A DNA stretch of 64,000 nucleotides from an uncultured Acidobacteriaceae bacterium (GCA_963783925.1 CAWAPM010000003.1:62974-126973); one strand, 5' to 3'; positions 21,729 to 34,915 are shown, counted from the stretch's first letter. Program-made: numbers and translations. Notes: generated by a model not told the origin, from the sequence alone.

Positions 21729-21970
21729 CAGAAGCGGCTCTTATTCCGCTCTTCAATCAGAATCTCGACTGCGGGCAGCACGCGGTCCCCAAAAATCTCC
21801 TTGCGTCGTGCGGCAAAATCCGGCCACTCCGCCGGATCCGCCGCGGGACTCTCAGGCACAATCCTACCCAGAATGCGGTTGCGCTCACGCAGCTCCACCA
21901 CCTGCCCGGCTTGCAGCCAGGCCTTGAGCTGGCGGGTATCGCGAAGCTGTCGGAGATTCACGCTTGGCAT
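21728..21970 (-). CDS. Phd/YefM-like antitoxin
   Basis: MPSVNLRQLR...GQVVELRERNRILGRIVP; overlaps the toxin start. Confidence 0.78.
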   Translation of the reverse strand: MPSVNLRQLRDTRQLKAWLQAGQVVELRERNRILGRIVPESPAADPAEWPDFAARRKEIFGDRVLPAVEILIEERNKSRF

Positions 21971-22036
21971 AGTTTCAATGTGCCACAAAATGTGTCACAT
22001 TTCAACCTGGAATGTAAGTCGATGTAAATAATTATC

Positions 22037-23291
22037 TTATTCGTACCGCAGCGCCTCAGCCGGAAGAATGCTCGCAGCCGTGTGCGACGGATACAGCGTC
22101 GCCAGCAGCGAGATCCCGATCGACACCGCCGCCACAATCACGCCATCCGAAAGCCGCGGCGCGAAGGGGAGGGTATCGATCGCATACACCGCGGCCGACA
22201 AATGAATGAAGTGATAGTGGCCGCCCGCCCACGAGGCCATATAGCCCAGCACCAGCCCCAGCGCTGTGCCAATCACGCTGATCAGCAGGCCCTGCATCAG
22301 AAAAATGCGCCGCACTTGCCCCGGCTCCACGCCAAAGCTCATCAGCACTGCGATGTCGCGCGTCTTCTCCATCACCATCATGGTCAGCGCAATCAGAATA
22401 TTGAGCGCCGCCACCACCACGATCAGCGCAATCACGATGAACGTGACAATCTGCTCGAGCCGGAGCGCGCGGAACAGCTCGCGATTCTGCTCCATCCAGT
22501 TGGTCGTCATAAAGCCTGGTCCCGCGGCCTGCTCAATCGCGCTACCCAATTCCGCGGCGCGATTCAGATTGTCCACACGAAAGTTGATCGCAGACAGCAG
22601 ATCGGGCTCGTCGAAAAGTCGCTGCGCATCGGCCAGCCGTACATAGCCCGTCTCCGCGTCATATTGATAAAACCCGCTGTGATACGTGCCCGCCAGCCGA
22701 AACGCCACCCACTTGGGAATCACGCCCATACGGCGTCATCTCGCCCTGCGGGCTGATAATCGTCACGCGATCTCCCACAGCCGCGCCGACGGAATCCGCA
22801 AGGTCCTTGCCCAGCACAATCGGCGGGAGCGCCTTGCGGATTGGTCTTCGACCGGTGAGGCTTGCGGCTCAAGCGCCTTGATCGATCCCGGCGTCGCATG
22901 ATGCAGCAGCGTGCTTACTGTCTTCTCATCGTCGGGCAAAATGCCTTCGATCAGCGCGCCGCCATCGCGCGCCCCGCGCGCCACCAGCACCTGCTCATAG
23001 AGTCCCGGCGAAGCCGCCGTCACATGCGGCACCTTGCTTCAGCTTCTCCAGCAGCGGGCGCCAGTCGCGAATGCCGTCGCCTTTCACGCGCATCAACTGC
23101 ACGTGCGCGCTCGAGTCCACCAGCCTGTCCTCAAGATCGCGCCGCATGCCGTTGGTGATTGCCAGCGCGATGATCAGCGCAGCCACGCCCGCCGTCACGC
23201 CGGCAATCGAGATGGCCGTCACCACGCCCACCACGGCCTGCCGCCGCTTGGCTCTCAAATAGCGCGCCGCTATGAAGAGTTCAAATCGCAT
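22037..23291 (-). CDS. LolC/E-like ABC transporter permease (several indels)
   Basis: FIAARYLRAKRRQ, VAALIIALAITNG, ALNILIALTMMVMEKTRDIAVL, PAEALRYE across three frames. Confidence 0.88.
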
Positions 23292-23296
23292 CGCCG

Positions 23297-25573
23297 CTAC
23301 TTCGCCGAAGATACGGGGGAGGTCCCAAACACCGTCTTCGCGACGCCCACGTTGTCATACCTGTCATAGACGCGTACGGTCAGCAGATGCTCGCCGCCCT
23401 TGCCGTCACGCCGCAGGCAGCTTCAGCTCGTAGTGCTCGCGTTTCGAGTCGGAAAGCTCGCCCACCGGCGCGAGATACATCCACGGCCCAGCATCGAGCG
23501 AATACTCCGCATGCGCAATCGGCGACTCCGCATCTTCCGCGTCGAAGCTCACGTGGATCGCCTGCGAGCATTCAGCTTGCGCGCAGCCTTCCGGCTCAGC
23601 CGTCGCCGTCAGCGCGGAAACCACCGGCGGCGTCGTGTCCACCACAAACCGCTCGCTGATCTTGTCGCCCGTCAGCGCTTCGCCCGGCGTATGCGAAGGC
23701 GCGTCAGATGCCACCACCTTCACCTGGTAGCCGCCATCGGGAATCAACGTCGCATCGAAGCTGTAGGCCTTGTCGGTCACGTCATCCTTCAGCAGCCGCC
23801 ACACATGTTCGCCGTCGCCGCGCAGATAGAGCGCATAGCTCAGGTCGTCGCCGTTGTCGTCATGCGCGGCCCAGCGCACGGTGATTGCGGTCCGGTCCTT
23901 CAGCGCCTGGACCGGCGCAGCGCTCGCGTCATACGTCACAGTCACGCCCTGATTCGCCGAGGGCAGGGCAATGCTCACCGTCTGCTGCGCCGGCTGCTGG
24001 CTCTGCGGGTTCACGCGCGCACCCGGAACCACCACAAGATCGTCCACCACCGGCGCGGCATTCACCGGCAGATAATTCACGCCCACGCCGCCCACACTGC
24101 CGCCTGGCTGCAGCACAGCCTTCCATTGCAGATAGCGCCCTGCGGGCGAGGCCACCACGCCATCTTTCAGAGGAGCCCAGTCGCTCCAGCCCCGCACCGG
24201 CTGCTCCACGTTGCCCGTGCGCGTCCACAGCTCATAGCCCATTCGATCCGGGCTCAATCTCCACGCGGCCAAACCGCGCCATCGCTCCGGCATCCAGCAC
24301 ATCGCTGGCGTACTCGTGCTTCTCCGCCGCGCCGAGCGCAAACAGCTTGCCCGTATTGCCGGTGCCGATCAGAACCTCGTCGCCCGCACGCGCAAAGCTC
24401 AGCCCCTGCTGCGCCTCAAGATGCGCCACGTCGGCATAGCTGCCATCCGTACTGATGCGAAACACGTGCCCACGATTGCCACTCAGCGCCAGCACGCCGT
24501 CTCGCTCCGCATCGAGCGCATACACAATATCGTCCTTTGCTCGACCACACCTTGCGCGGCGCCTGCCCCTCGCTCAGCGCGTAGATTTCTGTGCCCTCCG
24601 GCACAGACGAACTCGCATTTGCCGCCTGCAGCGAGCCCGGCTGCACGATCGTGATCGTGATGCTGGCCTGTCCCTGCACCGGCAGCGGCGGCAGCGGATT
24701 GTGGCTCTTGTCGCCCACACTCGCTGCGTAAATCGTTCCGTCCGTCGCGACCGCAACCGACGGTGATCTCCCGCCGCGGCGCTTCAAACAGCACGTAGCC
24801 CTTGCCCTGCGCATCGATGCGATACACCAGCCCGCTGCCATCCGAGCCCGCAATCAAATTTCCCTTCGCATCCCACGCCAGCGAGCGAATGTGCTGCTCG
24901 TCGCTCTTGAAAAATATCTCGGGTTGCGCGCCCGGCTTGCTCACATCCACGCGAACACCGCCGCCGGCCCGCCGGTCAGCAATGTAAAGCCGTCCCTGCT
25001 TGTCGAAGGTCAGATCCCAGATGTAATGCGAGTGCTGACTTGTCTCGCTGCTTCGTCCGTCTTCGCGCTGCATCGTCCATCTTCGCCGCGTCAAACACCA
25101 CCGTCGCCTTGTCTTCGTCGATCTTCGCCGTCGCATGCGGATCGAGTCTGTAGACTTTGCCGCTCGGCAGCGTGGCCACATACAGCGTGCCGTCCGGGCC
25201 CAGCCGCACCACCTGCACGCTCAAATCCTTGCGACTCAAACAGCGTGAAAGGCTTCGCGCCTTTCTCCACGCGCAGCACGGTCGCCGGCGACCCGGTGCC
25301 GAGATACGCCGTGCCGCTCTTGTCCGCAGCCACACTCCACACAAACGTCGAGGGCGTCGTCAGCAGTTCGCGCAGCGCGGGGCCTTCCCGCAGCCGCCCG
25401 TCGCTGGTGATCGAGACGCCGTCCGGCGTGCCCTTCTCAAAGTCTTCAAAGCTCGATTGCGTCCACAGGTGCGTCCCCTGGGCGCGCGCGTGTCCAGCGG
25501 CGGAAACGGCAATCACAGCGGCCAGCGCCGCGGCAAAACAGGAGCGGAAATTCAAGCGGGAGAAAGCAGCCAT
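23297..25573 (-). CDS. Large exported beta-propeller / Ig-like protein (multiple indels)
   Basis: Signal peptide, then WTQSSFEDFEKG, YIWDLTFD, GNTGKLF, PAGRYLQWKA, DDNGDDLSY; consecutive fragments. Confidence 0.7.
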
Positions 25574-25621
25574 GCTGCCGTTGAGTCTACTAGAACGGGC
25601 CGTGCTCGCGGGCTTCCGCGC

Positions 25622-26002
<381 letters not shown>

Positions 26003-26042
26003 TGGCCGCCCATAGACTGCATGGCGCGCTCGCGGTCAGAGG

Positions 26043-26336
26043 TCAATCAGCCGCTTCCGTCTTCCACACGTAGAGATACTCGTTGTCGCTCGAGGTCGAC
26101 ACATTCAGCCCGTGCTGGCGCGTGGCCCGGTTCAGAGCCGAGCGGATATTTTCCTTCGTATCCGGCAGCTCATCCAGCGGCACCTTGAGCGCGCGGCCCA
26201 CTGCCAGTTGCTCAATGTCGCTCAGCAGCTGGGTCACGATGTGCTTGTGCTTTCCGTCTCGTCCCTTGGGGACGTCATCCTGCTCAATCGATCCAAAGTT
26301 CATCGGCGTCTGATCGGAATTTCCATTCGTCTCCAT
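26043..26336 (-). CDS. Small hypothetical protein
   Basis: 97-aa ORF with GAGGGTGAGG RBS and host-like codon bias. Confidence 0.7.
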   Translation of the reverse strand: METNGNSDQTPMNFGSIEQDDVPKGRDGKHKHIVTQLLSDIEQLAVGRALKVPLDELPDTKENIRSALNRATRQHGLNVSTSSDNEYLYVWKTEAAD

Positions 26337-26598
26337 TGCCTCACCCTCTTTAAACAACAATCAAAAGGATTTGACTAACGGGCCCGGTCTAACCTATGGC
26401 TAACCTTACGCAGAACTATCCTGCGGGTATCAATATACTAAGGAGCCTACCCTGGATCAATAAGAAAATGAAGGCTATGCCAGAGATACGCCTACCGGCC
26501 CCTATCTCTCTCTCGTTCCAAAGAGTTGAATCGTATCGTGAAAGCGTTCCCCCGTATCCAAAAAAGACTGCTACGTTGGCAGGCAGAGGTGACTACCC

Positions 26599-27072
26599 GT
26601 GAAGCACAAGTTTACCTTCCCCACGATCCCGCTTCAGGAGGTTCCCGTTTTGCTAGAACACAACTCTCACAGCACCCATCGTCCCTCCATCCTGGTCGTG
26701 GACGATGAAAGCAGCATCGCCGACACCCTCGCTGAGATCCTCATCCGCAGTGGATATGCGGCGAGTGCTGTGTACGACGCGGACAGCGCGCTGGAAGCTT
26801 CGCTGCTGAACCCGCCGGAAATGCTCATCAGCGACGTAGTACTGCCAGGCATGAGCGGCATTGATCTCGCGATCACCATGCGCCGCATCTTTCCCGACTG
26901 CAAAATCATTCTCTTCTCTGGACAGGCATCCACGGCGGACCTTCTTGCCGCGGCCAACAGGGAAGGCCATCAGTTTGTCCTGCTCAACAAGCCGGTCCAC
27001 CCCACAGACCTGCTCGCACGCATCTCCGCCGGCCTCAAATCGCAACATGCGGCGCCCATCGGCGCTAACTAG
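26599..27072 (+). CDS. Single-domain response regulator
   Basis: ILVVDDE, ISDVVLPGMSG, LFSG, NKPVHP. Confidence 0.88.
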   Translation: MKHKFTFPTIPLQEVPVLLEHNSHSTHRPSILVVDDESSIADTLAEILIRSGYAASAVYDADSALEASLLNPPEMLISDVVLPGMSGIDLAITMRRIFPDCKIILFSGQASTADLLAAANREGHQFVLLNKPVHPTDLLARISAGLKSQHAAPIGAN

Positions 27073-27114
27073 AACGGATCTGTTGGCCGCATCGCACGGG
27101 CTCGCACCAAAAGC

Positions 27115-27148
27115 CAAGGCCCCTTCTCCAATCGGGGAAGGGGCCTTG
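27115..27148. terminator. Hairpin between convergent genes
   Basis: CAAGGCCCCTTCTC...GGGAAGGGGCCTTG. Confidence 0.65.
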
Positions 27149-27171
27149 CTGTTTGCGCGGGATCTCGATGC

Positions 27172-28179
27172 TCAGTTTGCCAGCACGGCCCGATAGCGGA
27201 CCTTATTCTTCTTCACCTTGGCGATCGCCTCGTTAGCCTTGGCCATCGCGAAGCGTTCTGTCTTCGCTTTCACGCCATGCCGGGCAGCCACATCCATCAT
27301 CTCGCGCAGCCGATACGGGCTGCCCGTCGGGTTGCCGGTCACCGCGCGCATCCCGGCGATCAGTGGAAACGCCTGCACCGCCACCGGCGATGGCGGCACA
27401 CCCACCAGGCACAGCGTGCCCGTGGGCCGCAGCGCCTGGATGAAGTTGCCCCAGTCGAGATCCGCGTTCACCGTGCTCACAATCAGGTCCATGGAGTTGG
27501 CCACCGCATGCATGGCCTTGGTCTCCCGGCTATTCACAAAGCTGTGCGCGCCCAGCTCGCGCGCCTCTTCTTCCTTCGCTTCGGAAGTCGAGAAGGCTGT
27601 AACCTCCGCGCCAAACACCCGCGCAAACTGGATCGCCAGATGCCCCAGCCCGCCGATGCCCACCACACCCACCCGCGACGACGGATTGATGCCATGCGTC
27701 CGCAGCGGGTTATAGACAGTAATGCCGCCGCAGAGCAGCGGCGCGGCCTCCTCGCTCGGCAGCGCTTCCGGCACCGCAATCACAAACCGCGCATGGGCAC
27801 GGATGCGGTTGGCGTAGCCCCCGTGACGCCGCACGCAGGTAGCCTCGGCAGTGGGGCATAGGTTTTCCATGCCCTGCGTGCACCACTCGCACTGCCCGCA
27901 AGAATTGGACTGCCAGCCCAGCCCCACGCGTTGGCCCACCGTGACAGAACTGACTTCAGAGCCGGCTGCCGCGACGGTGCCGATAATCTCATGCCCGGGA
28001 ATGAACGGATACTGGCTGATGCCCCAGTCGTTCGCAATCAAATGAAGATCGCTGCGGCAGATGCCGCAGTGGGAGATGTCGATCTCGACTTCCCATGGTC
28101 CCAGAGGTCCGGGGTCATAGCGATAAGGCAGCAGTTCGGCTCCCGCTGCATGCGCGGCAAGTCCCTGAATCACACTCAT
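27172..28179 (-). CDS. Zn-dependent NAD(P)H aldehyde reductase (Ahr/CAD family)
   Basis: CGICRSD, PGHEIIG, structural Zn CGQCEWC...C, PLLCGGITV, GIGGLGH, RYRAVL. Confidence 0.92.
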   Translation of the reverse strand: MSVIQGLAAHAAGAELLPYRYDPGPLGPWEVEIDISHCGICRSDLHLIANDWGISQYPFIPGHEIIGTVAAAGSEVSSVTVGQRVGLGWQSNSCGQCEWCTQGMENLCPTAEATCVRRHGGYANRIRAHARFVIAVPEALPSEEAAPLLCGGITVYNPLRTHGINPSSRVGVVGIGGLGHLAIQFARVFGAEVTAFSTSEAKEEEARELGAHSFVNSRETKAMHAVANSMDLIVSTVNADLDWGNFIQALRPTGTLCLVGVPPSPVAVQAFPLIAGMRAVTGNPTGSPYRLREMMDVAARHGVKAKTERFAMAKANEAIAKVKKNKVRYRAVLAN

Positions 28180-28345
28180 GCTTTCCGCAGTCCTTGCCGC
28201 GGTAATTACCGGTGAAAAGCGCAGATCATCACTACACGCCAACCGAGACGGAGATGTGCAATCCGATCGCGGCGGCAGCCCCCTGGTTCACCCAAGCGCA
28301 ACAACTGAGCCGGCTTGTTTCCCCTGAAGCAGCCCACTCTTTTCA

Positions 28346-30189
28346 TCAATCGCTTGTCAGAACCGCCTCTAGTGTAAACCGCCGCCCGTCGTCGATGTGC
28401 AGGTTCAGAATCGTGAACCCGTTCAGCACACCGCCGGCCGGGGCCTGGCCCGCCAGCGCAGCCGACTCGCCATTCATCGAGACATCCCGCTCAGCGCGCA
28501 AAGGCTCCAGAGCATTCGCCATCGAAAGCGGCAGACCCGTCAGCGTCTGGCCTTCCATCTCGGCCTGGGTCTCGGGCGCCAGCAGCTTACATACACCTGG
28601 TCGGCCGAGATGCAGCCGCCGCGCCTGCGCCAGCGTTGTCTCCAGGTCGTTAGGCCGCTGCGAGTTCTTCGGCTGATCCAGCGTGCGGTCCAGCGTCGCG
28701 GCATCCGACACCAGAATCCGCACATTGCCCGGCTGCAGCCGCGCCGGCAGCGTGATGGGAATCCGCACATTGCGCGCCGGCTGCTGCCACGGATGCAGCG
28801 TCGCCTCAATTACCACTCGAGTCGCCCGCATGCACCATGTCGCCTGAGACCACACGCGCCGTCTTCCAGCTCCACCTGCAGATTGCGCGGAATCGCATCC
28901 ACGGTCAGATTGATCGACGCGCACCGCTCCCTGCCGCGTTCCGTTCGAATAGAGCCTCGTAAAGCTCTCGCCCGTCAGCATGGCCGCGGCCAGCGGCGAG
29001 GGCAGCCCCGTCGCCGCCCGCCACCCACAGGTCCAGCGGCGAGGGCGGGTAGCCATCGAGCGCAATGTCGCCCTTCACGTGATAGCTGGTGTCGGCGGTG
29101 CTGTCGTTGCGTTTCCAGCAGCGCATCATAAAGCGACACCATCACCGCCTGCGGCGTCAACGCCGGCAAATCGAGCACTTCGAAATTCAGCTTCCGCGTC
29201 TTCTCCACGGCCGTGAATCGTCACGTGCACCGGAATCATCTGCGCCTGCACGCCCAGCACGCCGAGAATCGCCGCATCGCGATCCTGCGTGAACGCCCCA
29301 ATCGTGTCGCCCGTGTTCACGATCTTGAAAGCGTTCAGCGGCGAAGCCAGCGTCGCCACCACCTCCGCCTTGGTCATCGGCATCGACACCGGCCCCGCCT
29401 GCAGAATCGGGTGCCCGCAGGCCAGCAATTGCTTCGGGTCGACATACGTCACCGTGCAGGTCGCCGAAATATCCAGATCGCCGCGCACCAGTTGCGCACT
29501 CACCGCCGAGCCCGGCACCACGTCTCGCCGCGCTCGTCATTTCTGTCCTCGCTGCCGGGCAGGGAACTACCGCCAACGCCGCCCGCAGCCACCATCTCCA
29601 GCCCCGTCCCGGCCATTTTCTTCTGCCATAGTGCGATCGCCTCCGGCCGGAAGCCGCTCATCACCAGCGGCGTCTCCATCGCCTGAAACTCCATCCCATC
29701 GGCATGCACATTCGGATCAGCATTCTTGGCGGTCAGCGTGGTATGCGCCGCATCTACCGGCAGGTCGCGCACCTCCAGCATCTGCTCAATCGGCGTAATC
29801 CCCGCAATCGGGTCCTTGCTGAACTGCCCAATGCGATACGAGAGCGAGCCCAGCAGCTTGTTGCCGATATACACCGGGCTGCCGCTCATGCCCGCCACCA
29901 CGCCCGTGTACTCGGGCTTCGCGCCGTGCAGTTGTGCCAGGATCATGTCGTGTCCCGGCCCGCGCGCTCCGCGCAGAATGCCCAGAATCTCCACCTGCAT
30001 CGGCTCGGGCTTTGTCCCGGTAAAGACGGTCCACGCTGTTGCCATCTGGCCGCGATGCACGTCGTTCAGCGGATAAAACCCTCCCGTCGAGGGCGGAGGT
30101 CCAGCGGGCGCAGCTGCCTGCGCAGCGGCGTTTGCCGCTGGCAGTAGAGCCGCAGCCAGTGCGGCGGCCAGCACAGTATGCCGGCTCAC
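28346..30189 (-). CDS. SpoIVB peptidase S55 domain protein (multiple indels)
   Basis: GVVAGMSGSPVY, AGITPIEQM, ATCTVTY...LLACGHP, FTQDRDAAI. Confidence 0.82.
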
Positions 30190-30391
30190 GATGTCCTTCA
30201 GGCACAGATTCACGTCTATAAGAGTACAACCGGCGGCGTTGATCAACCCCTCAGGGCCCCTGCGCCGCGTTCCTTCCCGCTGCATTGCGCGCTCTGCAAT
30301 GCGTTGGACGGGCTCCACGGCCGTTTTCGTTGCGCCATTCTGCGGCCGCTGCCGGTCATCCCGTATGCTGTCTTGAGACACAGAGGTTGCC

Positions 30392-31602
30392 ATGTCCATG
30401 ATGCGCACGTCCGTTTCGGCAAATCATCGTCTTCAATCAAGTCATCGTCTCCAGTCTGGGTTGCTGCTGCTCGCGCTTGCCTGCGCTCCGCTGCTGGTTG
30501 CAGCAGCAAACCCCGCCCCAGCCGCAACTCCGCCTGCACAGGACCAGACCGCTCCCGACGCCGGTGGTCCCGGCGGCGACAACGGCGTCATTGCCCTGCC
30601 CAAGAAGAAGGAGACCCGAAGACGCCCCGCCGCCGGCGCCCGCCGCGCCCAAGATCAAGAATCCTCCCGGCCTGGACAACTACTCCATGCGCGTCGAGGT
30701 TCCCGAAGTCAGCGTCGATGTGGGCGTGCTGCTCGAGAAGACCGGCCAGTTCGTCCCCGACCTCAAGCCCGACAACTTCAGCGTCTACGAGAATGGCGTG
30801 GAGCAGAAGATCATCGGCTTCAAGCGCGTCGAAGCGCCCATCACCGCTCTGCTGCTCTGCGAATTCGCTTCCACCAATTACTACTTCGTCTACGACATGC
30901 GCAACGCCGCATGGTCCTTCGCCCAGCAGCTCCGGCCGCAGGACTACGTGGCCATGATGACCTTCGACATGCGCACCCAGATCGTCACCGACTTTACCCA
31001 GGACAAGCGCCAGCTCTACAACGCCATCAACTCGCTGATCATCCCCGGCTTCACCGATCGCAACCTCTTCGACGCGCTGTATGAAGCCGAGGACCGGCTC
31101 AGCCGCATCGAAGGCCGCAAATACATCATCCTCATCGCCTCGGGCCGCGACACCTTCTCCAAGATCACCCTCGACAAGATTCTGCAGAAGGTCAAGAACA
31201 CGCCCGACATCACCATCTTCGCCGTTTCCACCGGCGGCGCAGTGCGCGCCATGACCGAGGGCGGCCCCGGCTTCAACCAGCAGATGCGCGACCTCGACTA
31301 TCTGCAGGCCGACAACCAGATGAAGACCTTCGCCAAGATGACCGGCGGTATGTGGTTCGAGCCCCGCTTCGTCGCCGAGATGCCCGACATCTTCTCCGAC
31401 ATCAACAATGCCATCCGCTCCAAGTACGAGATCGATCTACCACCCCACCGATGCCAAACAGGACGGCAGCTACCGCAAGCTGCGCGTCGAGCTCGTCGAC
31501 GCCGAGGGCAAGCCCCTGCGCATGCAGGACGAGAAGCACAAGCCGCTGAAGTACGACATCATCGCCCGCGACGGCTACAAGGCCAAGCAGGAAGTCGAGT
31601 AG
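30392..31602 (+). CDS. Acidobacteria-type VWA domain protein (indels near 30615 and 31435)
   Basis: FVPDLKPDNFSVYENGVEQKI, NLFDALY, GRKYIILIASGRDTFS, DGSYRKLRVEL. Confidence 0.85.
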
Positions 31603-31691
31603 GCAGGACGAAGACCAGGCGCCGCGGGCGGCAAACTACCCCACGGACCTCAACCAGGCCTCGGCATCCGAGCAGCAGTGCAACGTCCGGC

Positions 31692-31963
31692 TTAGTTGAA
31701 CTGCTTGATGAAGTCGAGCACGTAGTAGCCGACCACGAACAGGGTGGCCACGCCCGCCAGCACAGCGCGACGCGCAGCAGCGGCTGCAGTTTTTCACCTT
31801 GGCCACGATCGCGGCCTGGGCTGTCCCTCGTGGCTCTGAACGAGTCGTCCAGAAAGATCTGGTCCTCTTCGTCCTTGGTCAGGTTGGAGCGGTAGATATA
31901 GAGCGCTGCCGTCACGACCACCAGTGCGCTCCACACGATCCACATCGTAGGCACAAGATTCAT
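31692..31963 (-). CDS. Small 2-TM hypothetical membrane protein (indels)
   Basis: MNLVPTMWIVWSALVVVTAALYIYRSNLTKDEEDQIFLDD ... FVVGYYVLDFIKQFN-stop. Confidence 0.65.
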
Positions 31964-32349
31964 ACAACACCTCCCAGCGAACCTGGTGTCCCAGGCGCGT
32001 TCCCAGATACCGGCGGGGCCGTCCACGAAGTACCAGCTGCGGTCTCGTGAGTAGAGGGGCCGTACGGTTGACCATAGTAGCGCCGTTTCAGGGTCGCGGA
32101 TGTGACAAAATGCACACATCTCGTGTGCCCGTAGTCACACCCGGGTTCGCCGCCCCGCTCGTGCCCCTCCAGGCCGCGCATTTTCAGCAGTTTGGCCTCA
32201 TTTTTACCCTCATGCCTGCCCATATACCATTTGCGACCTTTCCCACCAGGTGACCATCCAATGGGAAAGAGTCCCGGACCGGCTTGAATCCCCGCCTCCG
32301 GCGCAGTACAGTACCAACAAGGGAAGCAATTCACCAAACGGGAGACACC

Positions 32350-32718
32350 ATGTCCACAGCAACCATCGCACCCCAGGAGACCGAGAAGAAGGCTCCACTG
32401 TTTCTCACCCCTCAGGCAATCGCCAAGGTGCGCGAAATTATGGCCACGCAGGACCCGATTCCCGCAGGCCTTCGCGTCGGCGTTGTCGGCGGCGGATGCT
32501 CCGGCTTCCAGTACTCAATGGCCTTCGAGAACCAGAGCGGCATGATGGATAAGGTCTTCAGCTTCGACGACCTCAAGGTCTTCGTCGACTCCACCTCGCT
32601 CATGTACCTCAACGGCTGCACGGTCGACTACGTCGAGACCCTGGAAGCGGCCGGCTTCAAGTTTGAGAATCCCCAGGTCAAGTCCACCTGCGGCTGCGGC
32701 TCCTCCTTCAGCGTCTAA
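32350..32718 (+). CDS. HesB/IscA/ErpA Fe-S carrier protein
   Basis: GGGCSGFQY and TCGCGSSF; GGAG RBS. Confidence 0.95.
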   Translation: MSTATIAPQETEKKAPLFLTPQAIAKVREIMATQDPIPAGLRVGVVGGGCSGFQYSMAFENQSGMMDKVFSFDDLKVFVDSTSLMYLNGCTVDYVETLEAAGFKFENPQVKSTCGCGSSFSV

Positions 32719-32740
32719 GCCGCGCCTCTTCGCTCCACGC

Positions 32741-32770
32741 AAAAAGCCCGTCTTCAAGGACGGGCTTTTT
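32741..32770. terminator. Bidirectional intrinsic terminator
   Basis: AAAAAGCCCGTC-TTCAAG-GACGGGCTTTTT. Confidence 0.88.
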
Positions 32771-32788
32771 GCTGTCTCGCGATGAAGC

Positions 32789-33682
32789 TTACTGCGGAGT
32801 CGTGGGGGTCGTCCCGCCCGATCCCGTCCCGGAACCTGTCCCCGTGCCCGGCGTTGTTCCGCCAAACACATTCGGGTTGCCCGTAGGCGCAGCCACCGGC
32901 GTGCCGATGGTGCCCGTGTTGCCGCTGCCCATCACCTGGCGGTCTGACAGCGGGCTATAGAGAAACTCCCACTCGTTGTAGTGATTCTTCTTCTTGTAGA
33001 GCAAGATCGATTCCTTCGGGCTTCCCGGCGCGAACCCGATGATCCCCACCCCGCCGAAGCTCTGTCCCGAACTCTGCCCAGATCCCGATCCAAGTCCGCT
33101 CCCGCTACCCGTTCCCGTGCTGCCAAACGTCGAAGAGTTCCCAGTCGTTCCAGTACCGCTTCCATTCGAGCCCGCTCTGCGAACTCGCGCCCGATCCGCT
33201 GTCGGAGAAAAATCCGCCGCTGCCGCCAATCGGGCTCGCACCGGCAATCCCATTGCCGCCGCTCGGCCCAGTCCCGGCGATCGCGTCGCCGCCCAGCCCC
33301 AGCGGCTGCCCAAAGAATCCCATCGCCATCGGCGTCTTGTTCTGGCCAAACTTGATCGGCTGCCAGTCGTCCTTGCCGGTCATCGGGTCGGTGTAGCGCT
33401 TGCGCAGAAAGCGAATCTCGTTCGTCTTCACCAGCGCCTGCACGTTCGGCGGATAGGCGCTGAATTTCTTGTAGTAGAGCTTGATGGCCCGCGCATACTG
33501 CTTGCCGCGATACATCGTCTCAATCTCGCGGTCGCGCTGGATGCTCTCCTTCACCTTGCGGAATGGCAATCGCAAGCGACAGCACCAGCAGCGCCAGCAG
33601 AAAAATCACCGCCACCAGCACGTAGCCTTCTTCGCCGGGCTTGCGCGGTCCTGCGTCGCGCGGATTGTGCCGGTTCAGTCAT
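32789..33682 (-). CDS. Type II secretion pseudopilin-like protein with Gly/Ser/Thr-rich segments (indels)
   Basis: EEGYVLVAV prepilin-like N-terminus, QRDREIE..RGKQYARAI, RFLRKRYTDPMTG, YNEWEFLY. Confidence 0.72.
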
Positions 33683-33684
33683 CG

Positions 33685-34268
33685 CTAATTCAATGCCAGC
33701 CGCAGCGTCTGCGTGTTGTTGTAGCCCAGGTCCGTCACCTGCACCGAGCCCGGCAGAATCGCGCCGATCTTGTAGCGGTGATCCACAACATCGCCCGCAT
33801 GCGCCATGAACACATCGTCGCCGTGCACCAGAAATGCCTGTAGCGTCTTGTCCGGCGTCTTGCTCGTAGCCGAAGTACTTCAGGTCGATCGCCGGCGGCT
33901 GCGGCACCATCGGCGCGACCGGCGTCACCGCCTCGATCCGCGCGCTCTTGATTGGATAGGTATCGCCACCGGCGCGGACTCCGCCGAGAAAATATTCCGC
34001 CCGGTGCCGGCATACACCACATCCTCGCTCATCGCCAGTTTCTCAAGATGGAGCGAAGGATCGATGCCCGCATTGGTCAGCTTCACCGCTTCCGGTCCGG
34101 CCGCCGTGGTCACCGTTCGTGCCCGCGCCACAGGCCGCGCCGGCGCATTTGCCGCGGGCGAGCCGCCGAAGGGCCCGAACAGCTCGTACGCGCCGGCAAG
34201 GACCACCACCGTCAGCAGCGCCGACCAGCAATATAGACCTGCTTCTTGTTTTCAAGGCCCAGTTGCAT
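33685..34268 (-). CDS. Hypothetical T2SS/T4P operon protein (PilP/GspC-like position; indels)
   Basis: [36 protein letters not shown]. Confidence 0.6.
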
Positions 34269-34271
34269 GAT

Positions 34272-34915
34272 CTACTGGCCCTCCCTTCCGAAGCAGTCGC
34301 GTCCGCCGCAGCAGGCTCGCTCGGCGTCGTTGGCAATCCGCTCTGCGCCGCATCCGCCGCGCGCAGCCACGTCGATACCCTGAGACGCAGATTCACCAGC
34401 CCGCCCTGCTGCCCGGTCAGCGTCATCGCGCGGACGACAAAGAAAGTCTGATCGCGCTCCAGTCCGTTCACAAACTTCATAATCTGCGGATACGTCGCCG
34501 CTCACGCCCGCATCGAGCGAAATCTCCGTCAGGTCACCGCTCGGCGCGCCCTGCGTGTAGAGCATGCGCGAGAGCCGCACGCCCGAACTTCACCTCAAGC
34601 TGGCCCACGCGCGTCGCAATCAGCGAGTAGTTCGGCCGGAATCCGCTTGGCATAGAACGCCTTCATCTGCTCCCGCGACTCGGCCACGCGCTTGTCCAGC
34701 CCGCGCAGCGGCGCCGTCTGCAGGTTCAGCGCCTTCACCTGCACCTGCTTGCTCATCAGCGCGTCGGCGGAGTTTTCATTGGTCGCGCTCCAGTCCATGC
34801 CCAGCCGCACGCCCAGCGCAACCACCAGCACAATCAGCGCTCCCAAACCCACGTAGTGCCAGGTCAGCGGCGAGCGCAGCCGTTCGTTCCAGGAATTCGC
34901 AACAGGAGTGCTCAT
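34272..34915 (-). CDS. PilO/GspM-like protein (indels)
   Basis: Single TM plus coiled coil, MKFVNGLERDQTFFVV; position after pilN. Confidence 0.6.
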
